DNA of 63,992 nucleotides, counting the filler, from Acetivibrio sp. (lineage in GTDB: Bacteria > Bacillota > Clostridia > Acetivibrionales > Acetivibrionaceae), in the NCBI RefSeq assembly GCF_035371925.1. It is 11 parts of 11 records of this genome, joined end to end, with 100 filler letters (N's around TTAATTAATTAA, not from the genome) between each part and the next. Parts side by side here need not be neighbours in the genome. Positions count along the whole stretch, not along the records: positions 1 to 6,705 come from NZ_DAORXT010000124.1; positions 6,806 to 13,336 come from NZ_DAORXT010000125.1; 9 more parts are not named here. The stretch is one strand, 5' to 3'. The notes below the pieces were generated by a model. That model searched no databases, was not told the origin of the DNA, and saw only the letters and a list, made by a program, of their open reading frames with translations. This document shows positions 1-10,506 of the stretch, piece by piece; the stretch's first letter is position 1; every line of letters begins with the position of its first letter. Position numbers and translations under genes: made by a program.

Positions 1-111
1 ATATAATTATTATATAAGGGAAAGTGTAACTTTATAATATTATTTTAGAGAGAATTTTTCAACACAGCCTACATAAGTTTCCATTTCTTAACTCTTCTTT
101 CAATAGCTATA

Positions 112-146
112 GACAGATTCTAAAGATTTTACGACAGATTCTAAAG
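112..146. repeat. 14-bp direct repeat (GACAGATTCTAAAG x2, 21-bp period) upstream of first CDS
   Basis: Exact copies at 112-125 and 133-146. Confidence 0.8.
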
Positions 147-189
147 TTTTAATGTAATGTAATAATCTCAAATTCAGAGGCGGAGGAGG

Positions 190-975
190 ATGCTTATGAA
201 AAAAATAAGTATGTTTTTTTCATGTCTTATGATTTTTTGCGTTTTAGTTGCATTTTGTTTTGCAGGAAGCTTCTCGTTTGCTGCTACGGACAATCCTTCG
301 GCACGGGAAGATATAAAAGTTTTTTTGAATGGAGTTGAAATTGAGTTTGATGTAGCTCCGTACATAAAAAATGGAAGGACAATGGTGCCTTTTAGGGCAA
401 TTTTCGAAGCTCTTGGTGTGGAAATAAGCTGGGATGGAATAAACCGTGCTATCATGGCAGCCAATGATACTATACAGATTTATATTGAAATAGGAAAATC
501 ATTTGCTTATGTCAACGGATACAAAGTAGAGCTTGATGCGGAAGCTGAAATAGTAGATGGAAGAACTTTTGTTCCGTTAAGATTTGTAAGTGAGAATGCA
601 GGAGCGGATGTTTCCTGGGATGGCACAAGAAGAGCGGTTCATATTTCTTATGTTGACCAGGTTAGGGATTTGGGGGAGGTGTCTTATTATAGAGAATTGG
701 AGTTTTCTGTGGACAGATGGGAAAGCAAGGCAGATGGAAAGATTTTGACAGTATCCGGAAAGGTAAATTTGGAAAATACGGTGTTGATGATAGAGCTGTA
801 TGACGGTTTGGGTGGATTTGGTAGAAGTATAGCTGAAATAACAGGCAAAGCCGGTGAAATGAGTTCATATGAAGCTAATGTTTATCTGACATCTTCTTTT
901 GAGCCTAAAACCGTTGTTGTAAAGACATTAAGTGACTCTGGCAAGCCAATCAAAATCTCACAGTATAATTTGTGA
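190..975 (+). CDS. Secreted copper amine oxidase N-terminal (stalk) domain protein
   Basis: Signal peptide; PYIKNGRTMVPFRAIFEALG and AEIVDGRTFVPLRFVSE motifs; GGAGG RBS. Confidence 0.85.
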   Translation: MLMKKISMFFSCLMIFCVLVAFCFAGSFSFAATDNPSAREDIKVFLNGVEIEFDVAPYIKNGRTMVPFRAIFEALGVEISWDGINRAIMAANDTIQIYIEIGKSFAYVNGYKVELDAEAEIVDGRTFVPLRFVSENAGADVSWDGTRRAVHISYVDQVRDLGEVSYYRELEFSVDRWESKADGKILTVSGKVNLENTVLMIELYDGLGGFGRSIAEITGKAGEMSSYEANVYLTSSFEPKTVVVKTLSDSGKPIKISQYNL

Positions 976-1085
976 TTTTGCATTGATATGATCGACGATA
1001 TAATCAACGATATAATCTACGTTATTCAATCGACGAAAATTTCTTCGCAATTTTCAACGTAAAAATGAGGGAGGTAAGTTGTAAT

Positions 1086-4000
1086 ATGCTAAGGAGATTA
1101 TTATATAAAGAAAGTACGTTGTTTCTTGCAATTTGCATGTTGATACAAGTCATATCGTTCGCTGCCGGCGGTTTGGGTGCTTATGCGAGTTCTCAGAATA
1201 TAGGCGTGGAATTCTACAATTCGGACACCGGTGAGACTATCAGTTCTATGTATCTAAATTTCAAGGTTACCAATAATGGTTCTTCCGAGATTCCTCTCAC
1301 AGATATTAGACTTAGGTATTATTTTACTGATGACGGTGTGTCTCCGATAGTAGTTTTTGTTGATTATGCGCATAATAACGGTATGCAAATCAACAACAAT
1401 ATTACATATACTATACAAGATATCAATTGCACGGGAGCAAACAAATATATTGAATTAGGATTTAACACTGCAGCAGGCAGTCTTGCTCCCAACACATATG
1501 CGATAGTAAGAGCGAGAGCTTATCAAAAAGACTACAGCCAGAATTTTACCCAGACCAACGACTATTCCTTCTGCAAGAAAAACACTGATTTTGCAGCATG
1601 GGACAAGGTTACGGGATATTTAGACGGAGTTTTGATCAGCGGTACGGAACCGGCAGTGTCGGGTTCTACTCCTAATTTGACTACACCAACTCCGCAGACG
1701 AGTCTGATACCCGTACCTTCAAATACACCGACTTCTAAGACTACGCCTACACCTTCAAATTCCGAAACTCCTGTAGATTGGTCGGGACAGTCAGTTCCCA
1801 ACGGAAATTTTGAGGCAGGAACGATATTTTGGAGTTTTTATTGTGACAGCGCATCCGGCGCAAAAGCCAGCAATTTGGTCCATACTGAACCGTCAGGAAA
1901 TAAAATATCCAAAGTTTCTATTGAGAATGTGGGACCGAATCTTTGGACAATTCATTTGAAGCATACAGGAATTGAGCTGGAAAATTCCAAGACCTACAGG
2001 CTTACTTTTGAGGCAAAGTCGACAATTCCCAGAAATATTAGGATATCGCTGCAGAATGCGACGAGCAGCCTAATTGAGTATTTTGGAAGTATAGTAAAAG
2101 TTGATTCCAAAATGAAAACTTACACCTGTGAATTTACGTTGAACAGTTCAACAGGTACAAACGTGGCAATTGTGTTTGAACTGGGAAATCTTAGCGAAGT
2201 AAAAAATCAGCCACATGACATTTTTTTCGATAATGTAAGCATTGAGAAGATTGGTTCTCCTTCATCAGCACATATACCGGCGGAAGATACTATGGTAGCA
2301 GGTATTACTGCTTCGATGAGTTCTGAATATGATGTAGAACTTGGAAAAGAGGCTGAGATACTATTGTCTCAGAGTGGGGAAATTACTTTAGAGGGCAGAA
2401 TAGAAAATGAAAAGGAAGTTGTGCTTGTATTGGATAACTCCGGAGTGTTAAACACCTATATGGAGGAGATTTTGACGCCATTAGACTTTGGAATATATTC
2501 AAACCTTGATTTGACTGTACAAGGTAAAGATGCTTTCATTAACGGAAGTGTTCATACGAACGGGGTATTTACATCCAATGTTGAAACGGTAAAAATTACT
2601 GAAACTTGCTCTGCAGCCGGCTTTAATATTACAAGTAAAAATGCGAATATTAATACATATAAAAACATTACTATGCCGGTCGAGATGCCATATTTCCACG
2701 ACTCACTGATTGCTGACGCATCTAAAAATAGTATGGTCTTCAGACCCGAGGATTATCCTCCCAGTATGTTCTTTTATCCAATGCCGGGGCAGCAAGATAT
2801 TTTCATATATTACAACTACTTTGCCAATCGGTTTGAAATATGGGGTATGGGTACATTGGTTATAAGCTCTTCCATGTATTTTAAAGGAAATGTTTTTATA
2901 TCATTGAGAGGAACCAGTAATATTGGTGAGGGATTTATTGTTGCTGACGGAGATATAACTATACAGGGAGAAAATTTGTCTCCTCAAGGGCCAAACGATA
3001 AGCTGTATGTTTATTCCATAGGCGGAAACATAGAGTTTCAGACACCTAATTCTACAATAAACGGAATAGCTTATGCTCCCGGAAGCCCTGAAAAACCGAA
3101 CTCCGGTAAAATTATTTTTACAGGTAACAATAATACCGTTAACGGTTCTATTGCAGGAAATGAACTTAAATTTTACGGCAGCGGCCTTACGGTAAATCAT
3201 ACGGAAGGACAGTTTACTGTTGTAGAACAGAAGTATCTGCAAAGCACCACTTATATGAAGTTGGTAAAAGATACTGCAAAGAGCTTTGTAGACAAATTTG
3301 CAGGTACCAGAACAAAAATGACGGTTATTCAATATTCCGATTCTGCCAACAATAACGATTTTAAGCAGTATGATTTGGCTGTGGGTAATAATGCGGCTAC
3401 TCTTAAGGATAAAATTGAAAAAATCAAACCCGAAACTTCAGGCTTGAGCAATATGGGTGACGGTATGAGAAGGGCTTATCATATTCTTAAAAAGCCGAAA
3501 AAAGATTCGGTATCAAAGTATATAATTGTCCTTGCAGGCTCTGAACCGAACCGATGGACGGGTATGAACCCTACATCGAATGATCCGAAGACAGGAGATG
3601 GAAAAGCCGATCATATAAAGGCTGACAATGGGGCGTACAATTCGCTGAATTACGCAAAGGATATAGGGAAAATGATTACTTCGGACGGTATTAATCTTAT
3701 GTTTATAAGTTTTTCGGACAAGGATATAGACTCCGTTTTAGAAGAAATTGCGGTAGAAAGCGGGTCTAAGCTGATAGAATCAACAGGAAGACACTATTAC
3801 AGAGCAGATAACTTGATGGAACTACTGGAAATTTTCGGAAGCATGCATTTTAAGATACTGTATGATGTTGTGCTTGAAAAAGTGGTGTTTGAAGAGATTC
3901 TTCCTCAAGGAGTAATGGCTATTGACCTGCCGGACTGGATGAGCACGGAAAGTATTACGGCGGGAGGAACAACCAGGACAAAAATTGTTGGAGAGATAAA

Positions 4001-4229
4001 TAGTATTCCGCTTACATTTACAGGTAAAGGTTATAGTTTTGATATTGACAGCTTCAAGATAAAAGTAAAATACATGAAACCGGGAACAATAGTATTTGGC
4101 AGAGAAGATTCCAAGATGATATACAGCTTTGAATACATGGATACAGGAGGAAAAGTACACTCAAAGACTTTGGACAAATACTTTAACGAAATGACGGTAA
4201 ATGTTACAATGACAATTGATATCAACTGA
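1086..4229 (+). CDS. Secreted non-catalytic protein: CBM3 - Pro/Thr linker - CBM4/9 - interrupted VWA domain
   Basis: CBM3 motifs (IRLRYYFT, NDYSF, LISGTEP); PT linker; CBM4/9 (NGNFE...FDNVSI); VWA strands VVLVLDNSG and SNMGDGMRRAY; start moved to ATG 1086 after GGAGG. Confidence 0.8.
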   Translation: MLRRLLYKESTLFLAICMLIQVISFAAGGLGAYASSQNIGVEFYNSDTGETISSMYLNFKVTNNGSSEIPLTDIRLRYYFTDDGVSPIVVFVDYAHNNGMQINNNITYTIQDINCTGANKYIELGFNTAAGSLAPNTYAIVRARAYQKDYSQNFTQTNDYSFCKKNTDFAAWDKVTGYLDGVLISGTEPAVSGSTPNLTTPTPQTSLIPVPSNTPTSKTTPTPSNSETPVDWSGQSVPNGNFEAGTIFWSFYCDSASGAKASNLVHTEPSGNKISKVSIENVGPNLWTIHLKHTGIELENSKTYRLTFEAKSTIPRNIRISLQNATSSLIEYFGSIVKVDSKMKTYTCEFTLNSSTGTNVAIVFELGNLSEVKNQPHDIFFDNVSIEKIGSPSSAHIPAEDTMVAGITASMSSEYDVELGKEAEILLSQSGEITLEGRIENEKEVVLVLDNSGVLNTYMEEILTPLDFGIYSNLDLTVQGKDAFINGSVHTNGVFTSNVETVKITETCSAAGFNITSKNANINTYKNITMPVEMPYFHDSLIADASKNSMVFRPEDYPPSMFFYPMPGQQDIFIYYNYFANRFEIWGMGTLVISSSMYFKGNVFISLRGTSNIGEGFIVADGDITIQGENLSPQGPNDKLYVYSIGGNIEFQTPNSTINGIAYAPGSPEKPNSGKIIFTGNNNTVNGSIAGNELKFYGSGLTVNHTEGQFTVVEQKYLQSTTYMKLVKDTAKSFVDKFAGTRTKMTVIQYSDSANNNDFKQYDLAVGNNAATLKDKIEKIKPETSGLSNMGDGMRRAYHILKKPKKDSVSKYIIVLAGSEPNRWTGMNPTSNDPKTGDGKADHIKADNGAYNSLNYAKDIGKMITSDGINLMFISFSDKDIDSVLEEIAVESGSKLIESTGRHYYRADNLMELLEIFGSMHFKILYDVVLEKVVFEEILPQGVMAIDLPDWMSTESITAGGTTRTKIVGEINSIPLTFTGKGYSFDIDSFKIKVKYMKPGTIVFGREDSKMIYSFEYMDTGGKVHSKTLDKYFNEMTVNVTMTIDIN

Positions 4230-4317
4230 TATGCTATTATAAGATGATTTTACGGGTTGGTTTCCGGTTCCGGAAGCCAGCCTTTGCACATAAACGCAAA
4301 GCATAAGGAGGATAGAT

Positions 4318-6585
4318 ATGACAAAAGACATCAAAAAAATAATCAAGCAAATGACCCTGGAGGAGAAGGCCGGATTATGCTCGGGACTGGATGGTTGGCG
4401 CACCAAACCTGTTGAAAGGCTGGATATCCCGTCAATAATGATGACCGATGGCCCCCATGGACTGAGAAAACAGAAGGAAGATGCAGATGTGTTTGATATC
4501 AACAACAGCGTTCCTGCAACTTGTTTTCCCACTGCCGCAGCTTTGGCGTGTTCATGGGACAGGGAATTGATTGAAAAAGTAGGTATTGCAATAGGAGAAG
4601 AATGCCAAGCCGAAAATGTCTCGATACTGCTTGGGCCTGGTGTAAATATAAAGCGCTCGCCTTTGTGTGGCAGAAATTTTGAATATTTTTCGGAGGACCC
4701 TTACCTTTCATCGGAGATGGCTGCAAGTCATATAAAAGGAGTTCAGAGCCAGGGAGTTGGGACGTCCCTCAAGCATTTTGCCGCAAACAATCAGGAATAC
4801 AGGAGAATGACTGTTGATACTGTTGTGGATGAAAGAACCCTTAGGGAAATATATTTTGCAAGCTTTGAGAATGCTGTAAAAAAAGCAAGGCCATGGACTG
4901 TTATGTGTGCATACAACAAGCTTAACGGTGAGTATTGTTCGGAAAACAGATATCTTTTAACGGACATTTTAAAGAATGAATGGATGCACGATGGATTTGT
5001 GGTATCCGATTGGGGGGCGGTAAACGACAGAGTAAAAGGGTTGGATGCGGGACTTGATCTGGAAATGCCCTCTAGCTATGGTATTACGGATAAAAAAATA
5101 GTTGAAGCCGTAAAAAGCGGAAAATTGTCTGAAAAAATTTTGGACAGAGCTGTGGAGAGAATTCTGAAAGTAATTTTTATGGCCCTTGAAAACAAAAAGG
5201 AAAACGCCTCCTACGACAAAGAAGCCCACCACAGGCTCGCAAGACAGGTTGCAGCAGAGTCAATGGTGCTGCTTAAGAATGAAGACGACATACTTCCTCT
5301 TAGAAAGAGCGGATCAATAGCTTTGATAGGAGCTTTTGTGAAAAAACCAAGGTATCAGGGGGCAGGCAGTTCGCATATTACGCCTACGAGATTTGACGAT
5401 ATTTATGAAGAAATCAAAAAGACGGGTGGTGACGGGACGAATATTGTATATTCGGAAGGCTACAGACTGGATAGCGATGAGATTGATGAAAAATTGATAA
5501 ACGAGGCTAAAAAAGCGGCGGCAAACTCTGATGTTGCGGTAATATTTGCAGGACTTCCGGATGAATATGAATCTGAAGGATTTGACAGGACTCACATGCG
5601 TATGCCGGAAAATCAAAACAGACTTATAGAAGAAGTGGCAAAAGTTCAAAGCAATATTGCGGTAGTATTGCTCAACGGCTCACCAGTTGAAATGCCGTGG
5701 ATTGACAAGGTAAAATCTGTGCTGGAAGCTTATCTGGGAGGTCAGGCATTAGGAGGTGCAGTGGCAGACGTATTGTTTGGTGAAGTTAATCCGTCGGGAA
5801 AACTTGCCGAGACCTTCCCGGTAAAATTAAGTCACAACCCGTCCTATTTGAGTTTTCCCGGAGAAGATGAAAGGGTGGAATATAAAGAAGGGCTGTTTGT
5901 CGGGTACAGATATTATGACACAAAGGGAATTGATCCGTTGTTTCCTTTTGGCCACGGACTGAGCTACACCAAATTTGAATACAGCGATATATCGGTGGAT
6001 AAAAAGGATATCTCGGACAATACCGTCATTAATGTCAGCGTTAAGGTTAAAAATGTTGGCAAAACGGCAGGAAAGGAAATAGTGCAGCTCTATGTAAAGG
6101 ATGTGAAAAGCAGCGTTAGAAGACCTGAGAAGGAGCTTAAGGGATTTGAAAAGATTTTCTTAGGTCCGGGAGAAGAAAAGACGGTTACATTTACGCTGGA
6201 TAAAAGAGCTTTCGCATATTACAATACCCAGCTTGGGGATTGGTATGTTGAGAGCGGAGAGTTTTTGATATTAATCGGAAAGTCCTCCAGGGATATAGTT
6301 CTGAAAGAATCGGTGAGGGTAAATTCAACAGTGAAGCTAAGGAAGAAATTCAGTAACAACTCAACGATTGAAGACATAATGTCCGATTCAACGGCTGCCA
6401 ATGTTTTTGGTCCGATGCTATTAGGGTTGGCAGATGAAATGAAAATAGATATGAATAATACTCACGACATGATGGTTGCAAATATAAAAAATTCGCCTTT
6501 GCGTTCACTTATTAATTCCACTCAAGGCAGGATAACCGAAGAGATGCTAGATGAGCTGCTTGATAAAGTAAACGGCGCAGATTGA
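4318..6585 (+). CDS. bglB: GH3 beta-glucosidase
   Basis: [38 protein letters not shown] nucleophile motif, Fn3-like C-terminus; resembles C. thermocellum BglB as recalled. Confidence 0.92.
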   Translation: MTKDIKKIIKQMTLEEKAGLCSGLDGWRTKPVERLDIPSIMMTDGPHGLRKQKEDADVFDINNSVPATCFPTAAALACSWDRELIEKVGIAIGEECQAENVSILLGPGVNIKRSPLCGRNFEYFSEDPYLSSEMAASHIKGVQSQGVGTSLKHFAANNQEYRRMTVDTVVDERTLREIYFASFENAVKKARPWTVMCAYNKLNGEYCSENRYLLTDILKNEWMHDGFVVSDWGAVNDRVKGLDAGLDLEMPSSYGITDKKIVEAVKSGKLSEKILDRAVERILKVIFMALENKKENASYDKEAHHRLARQVAAESMVLLKNEDDILPLRKSGSIALIGAFVKKPRYQGAGSSHITPTRFDDIYEEIKKTGGDGTNIVYSEGYRLDSDEIDEKLINEAKKAAANSDVAVIFAGLPDEYESEGFDRTHMRMPENQNRLIEEVAKVQSNIAVVLLNGSPVEMPWIDKVKSVLEAYLGGQALGGAVADVLFGEVNPSGKLAETFPVKLSHNPSYLSFPGEDERVEYKEGLFVGYRYYDTKGIDPLFPFGHGLSYTKFEYSDISVDKKDISDNTVINVSVKVKNVGKTAGKEIVQLYVKDVKSSVRRPEKELKGFEKIFLGPGEEKTVTFTLDKRAFAYYNTQLGDWYVESGEFLILIGKSSRDIVLKESVRVNSTVKLRKKFSNNSTIEDIMSDSTAANVFGPMLLGLADEMKIDMNNTHDMMVANIKNSPLRSLINSTQGRITEEMLDELLDKVNGAD

Positions 6586-6651
6586 GTAGTTTTGCGTAAA
6601 TAAAGGGTAATGTGGGTTGTGTAAAAGACAGCTTGCATTGCCCTTTTGTTT

Positions 6652-6705
6652 GAGAATGTTGAAAATTTTGTGTATAAGAGAATGAAAAGACTCCTTCTTG
6701 GCAAG
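6652..6705. mobile_element. Probable IS terminus (IS256-family-like) at contig end
   Basis: GAGAATGTTGAAAATTTTGTGTATAA resembles IS256-family terminal repeats as recalled; the contig breaks right after it. Confidence 0.45.
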
Positions 6706-6805
6706 NNNNNNNNNNNNNNNNNNNNNNNNNNNNNNNNNNNNNNNNNNNNTTAATTAATTAANNNNNNNNNNNNNNNNNNNNNNNNNNNNNNNNNNNNNNN
6801 NNNNN
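6706..6805. other. Artificial contig linker
   Basis: N44-TTAATTAATTAA-N44, stops in all frames. Confidence 0.99.
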
Positions 6806-8559
6806 GCCGAAGGATATGATGTAACAGTCCTTGACAAAGCCATTTTATCTTCTGGCGGCAAGTTTTTGATTTGGTATACCGAAACGGGAAAATCGGCGGT
6901 AAGCAGTGAAACTGTTCAGCAACTGGCTGGTACTATGGAAAAAATTGCAGACGATATAAGTGATTTTCTAAATATTGAATGGAATTATAAATTTAACGAA
7001 ATCAACTCCGACAGCTATAATCATATGAAAAAAGTATTGGATGAATGCGGAATTGATGAAAGTGCAATGAAAAAGGCTCTTCCTGCTTATATTTATGAAC
7101 CGTCCGATACAGTGGAGGCATTAGCATGGTATCATGGAGATATAACTTTTTGGAAAGAAATGCTTAAAAAGATGTTAAAAGGCTTGGGCGAAAAGGATTT
7201 AGTCAAGGAATTTGGCTCAGTGTATTCTCTGCCTTATATTGTTATCAGGACTTCTTTTACCGATGATATAGACAATATGAATCTGCTTTTTGCCCATGAG
7301 CTAACACACCATTTTCAAAATATATACTACAATGACCCAAGCTATAATGCCCCCGGTTTTACGAAAGAAACAGTTGCAGAGTTTGTAGCTGCAAGTATCA
7401 TAGATATTAAAGGAACAAACACTGTAGTGAATATGCAAGCCAATGAATATATAAAAGTTACCGATAACTATTATGCTAATATGATAAATGGAAAACCCAA
7501 GGGATATGTAGAGTTTGTTTGGGCAAAATCATATGCGGATATTGTGGATAACGGAATACAATACCTGAAAGAATCGTTGCTCAAAAAAATCCTTTTAAAT
7601 TTCTTCGGGAGAAAGCTGGCGATTCATACCAACTGGTACTTGAAGATCTTGCAGTACGCAATATTACTAAGGACTATAAGGAAAAAGGTTTTATTTCAAC
7701 AGATTATCCAAAACCTACAGCGGAGCTTGGCCGCTATATAGATTCTGAAGAAAACTCAATTTTACCAAATTGCTTTCACTATTATTACCTTGATACTAAA
7801 TACTGGCACGCATCAAAAACTTTGCTTTATATGAAAAATGAAGGTGAGACTAAAATCTTTGTTAAGATAATTGGCAGAAAAAAACACAAATATAGTCTTG
7901 TTGACACACTTTATTGCGATATAGGAAAAGAATTGACGATTGCAGATTTTTATAGAGATAATTTCAAAAAATATGATGAGATTATTTTGGCTTTTGGAAA
8001 TTGCGATACAATAAGTAATGCCAAATATAAGTTGATATCTTTCACTCAGGCAGCAATAGAGCTTAATGAGACAATTACAGGACTTGAAGAGCTCAATCCA
8101 TGGGAAGTCGATGGCGATTGTATAACTATTCATGTTGAAGAGTTGATTAAAGGTTCGACTACAGTGACAGATTATTTAAATAGTTTGATTTCAAGCTTGA
8201 GTATCGAGATTGAGTCGGAGGAAACGGCAGATATTGTAGAGCATTTAGGTGCGCTTAATGATGAGATTAATAGAATAGGAGATGCCATTAAAAAATTTGG
8301 AGGAATGTTTGATTATAAAACTGTCCGTATTTATATTATGCCTCTAAAAGACCCGGTGTTGTCCGATGCAGAAATTCACAAGACGGTGTTGGATATGATG
8401 CCGAAACCCAGGTTAAAAATTATCGACAAGGTTGATAACGGTATGCACTTGTCAATTGGAGCAGGCATTCAGCCTTTTTCCAAAACCCAGATTATTTTCT
8501 ATACTGTCATTACGGAACCGGATTGGAAAGTCATGTATCGTATTGAGTTGGAAAAGTAA
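6806..8559 (+). pseudogene. HExxH zinc-metalloprotease-like protein, 5'-truncated by gap and frameshifted at an A7 run (joins ORFs 6866-7741 and 7822-8559)
   Basis: FAHELTHHF motif; frame open from the gap; one added A at 7583-7589 gives a continuous frame into the second ORF. Confidence 0.7.
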
Positions 8560-8749
8560 ATATCAGTATAGGGGGAACTTAAGAGCAGCTTTACTCATTA
8601 ATGTATTTTCGGGTAAGGCTGCTTTTTATGTTAAAGGGTAAATCGAAGTAGAATCCGCATAAAATTTATCGGCCGAAATATTATCCGAAGTTTCGGGGAA
8701 AAAATTTAAATGAATGCATATCAAAGGCGTAAAAAGATGGAACTATTTC

Positions 8750-8778
8750 TTGACTTACAGCGTCTATTAGTGTAAAAT
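8750..8778 (+). promoter_or_regulatory. SigA-type promoter of the RiPP operon
   Basis: TTGACT-17 bp-TAAAAT. Confidence 0.6.
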
Positions 8779-8963
8779 AAATTTACAAGTTTATATTTTC
8801 TTTGCAGACATAAGCGATAGTAAACTTTTTTCTATAAAGATATGTAAGTTGTGCATTATATGTGCTTCAATCTATTCTGCTCTTCTTCCCGATTTATCCA
8901 ATTAACTACGAACTTAAGATTTAATCTCATATAATTTTTTGGATTTTAAGGAGTGTGTAAATA

Positions 8964-10496
8964 ATGAATAATCCAATTACTGCTGTTTGGGAAATCACCA
9001 TGGGGTGCAATATGCGCTGCAAGCATTGCGGCTCCAGTTGTGAGAATGCTTTGGAGGGAGAATTGTCCACCGAGGAAGCTTTAAAGCTTTGCGATGAATT
9101 GGGTGAGTTGGGTTTTAAGTGGATTACTTTGTCCGGCGGTGAGCCTACAACAAGAAAGGATTGGCACCTAATAGCCAAAAGACTTAATGAAAACGGAATA
9201 ATTCCCAATATGATAACCAATGGATGGCTGATGAATGAAGAAATTGCCGATAAAGCGGTGGAAGCGGGAATCAACACAGTTGCCATCAGTATTGACGGGC
9301 TTGAAGACACTCATGATTTTATTCGGAAAAAAGGTTCATTTCAAAGGATAATGAATGCTTTCGATATTCTAAAGACTAAAAAGATATTTTATTCGGCCAT
9401 TACGACCATAAACAACAGAAATATCGAGGAGCTTCCAAAGCTTAGAGACATCCTGATTGAAAAAGGGGTCAGCGGCTGGCAGCTCCAGCTTGGACTTCCC
9501 ATGGGTAATATGGCTAAAAACAACGAGCTTGTGGCACAGCCTTATCATATTGACGAAGTTATAGAATTTGCTTATCGGACCGTAAAAGAGGGGCATAACA
9601 TAGATGTCCAGTTGGCCGATTGTATCGGATATTTTAATTTAAAAGAAATAGAAGTAAGGAAAAACAGCCATAACGGACGCATGAAAGACTACAGCTGGAT
9701 TGGGTGCGGTGCCGGAAAATACAGCCTTGGAATTCTCCATAACGGCGATATTTTAGGCTGTACATCTGTAAGAGACAGAAGCTTTATTGAAGGAAATATA
9801 AGAGAGATACCTATAAAGGAAATATGGGAGAATCCTGAAAGCTTTAGCTGGAACAGAAAAATGACCAAAGATAAACTCTCAGGTTTATGCAAAAAGTGCT
9901 TTTTCGGAGAACGATGTCTTGGGGGCTGCTCTAATACAAGGCTTACAATGGAGGGAAGCGTGTATTCCGAAAACAAATACTGTTCGTATAATGTGGCCAT
10001 AAGTACGGCAAAAGAGCAGCTTGACAGAATTGAGGACGTAGACTCAATGATATCGAAAGCAAGAAAGTTTGCGGACAACGGTAATCTGCAGCTAGCTGAA
10101 ATACTCATTTCCAATGCAATTAAAAAGGGCTGCTGCGATATTGGACTGTTTGAGCTTTACGGGTATGTAAGCTTTATGCTGGGAAATTACCTTGATGCCA
10201 AAAAGGCAAACGAAGAGGCTTTGAAAATAAATCCCGACAGTGCTTATGCAAACAAGGGAATGGGATTGTCATTAGGGAGACTTGGAGAACTGGATAAAGG
10301 AATAGAATATTTGAGAAAGGCAATTGATTTATCCGACGAAAGCTTCACAGATCCTTATTATGACCTTGCGGTTTTGCTTTATGAAAATGGAAGAAATAGG
10401 GAGGCTCTAGAGGTTCTTGAAGAAGGAAGAAAAAAATATAAAAGCTTTGAAGACGTAAGCAAAGACCTGTATGAAATACTTACAAGTGCCTCTTAG
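8964..10496 (+). CDS. Radical SAM/SPASM peptide maturase with C-terminal TPRs (splicease-like)
   Basis: CNMRCKHC (CxxxCxxC); SGGEP; SPASM WIGCGAG..GC and CKKCFFGERCLGGC (Cx2Cx5Cx3C); TPR repeats in the last ~150 aa. Confidence 0.9.
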   Translation: MNNPITAVWEITMGCNMRCKHCGSSCENALEGELSTEEALKLCDELGELGFKWITLSGGEPTTRKDWHLIAKRLNENGIIPNMITNGWLMNEEIADKAVEAGINTVAISIDGLEDTHDFIRKKGSFQRIMNAFDILKTKKIFYSAITTINNRNIEELPKLRDILIEKGVSGWQLQLGLPMGNMAKNNELVAQPYHIDEVIEFAYRTVKEGHNIDVQLADCIGYFNLKEIEVRKNSHNGRMKDYSWIGCGAGKYSLGILHNGDILGCTSVRDRSFIEGNIREIPIKEIWENPESFSWNRKMTKDKLSGLCKKCFFGERCLGGCSNTRLTMEGSVYSENKYCSYNVAISTAKEQLDRIEDVDSMISKARKFADNGNLQLAEILISNAIKKGCCDIGLFELYGYVSFMLGNYLDAKKANEEALKINPDSAYANKGMGLSLGRLGELDKGIEYLRKAIDLSDESFTDPYYDLAVLLYENGRNREALEVLEEGRKKYKSFEDVSKDLYEILTSAS

Positions 10497-10506
10497 GAGT
10501 GGGATA

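Noticed and set aside
1030..1064. Possible alternative sigma-I promoter (A-tract plus CGTA) before the CBM3 gene
   Set aside because: Spacing between the A-tract and CGWA (about 18 nt) is longer than the usual 13-14 nt
6750..6761. Recurrent TTAATTAATTAA palindrome inside N runs
   Set aside because: Artificial six-frame stop linker, not biological
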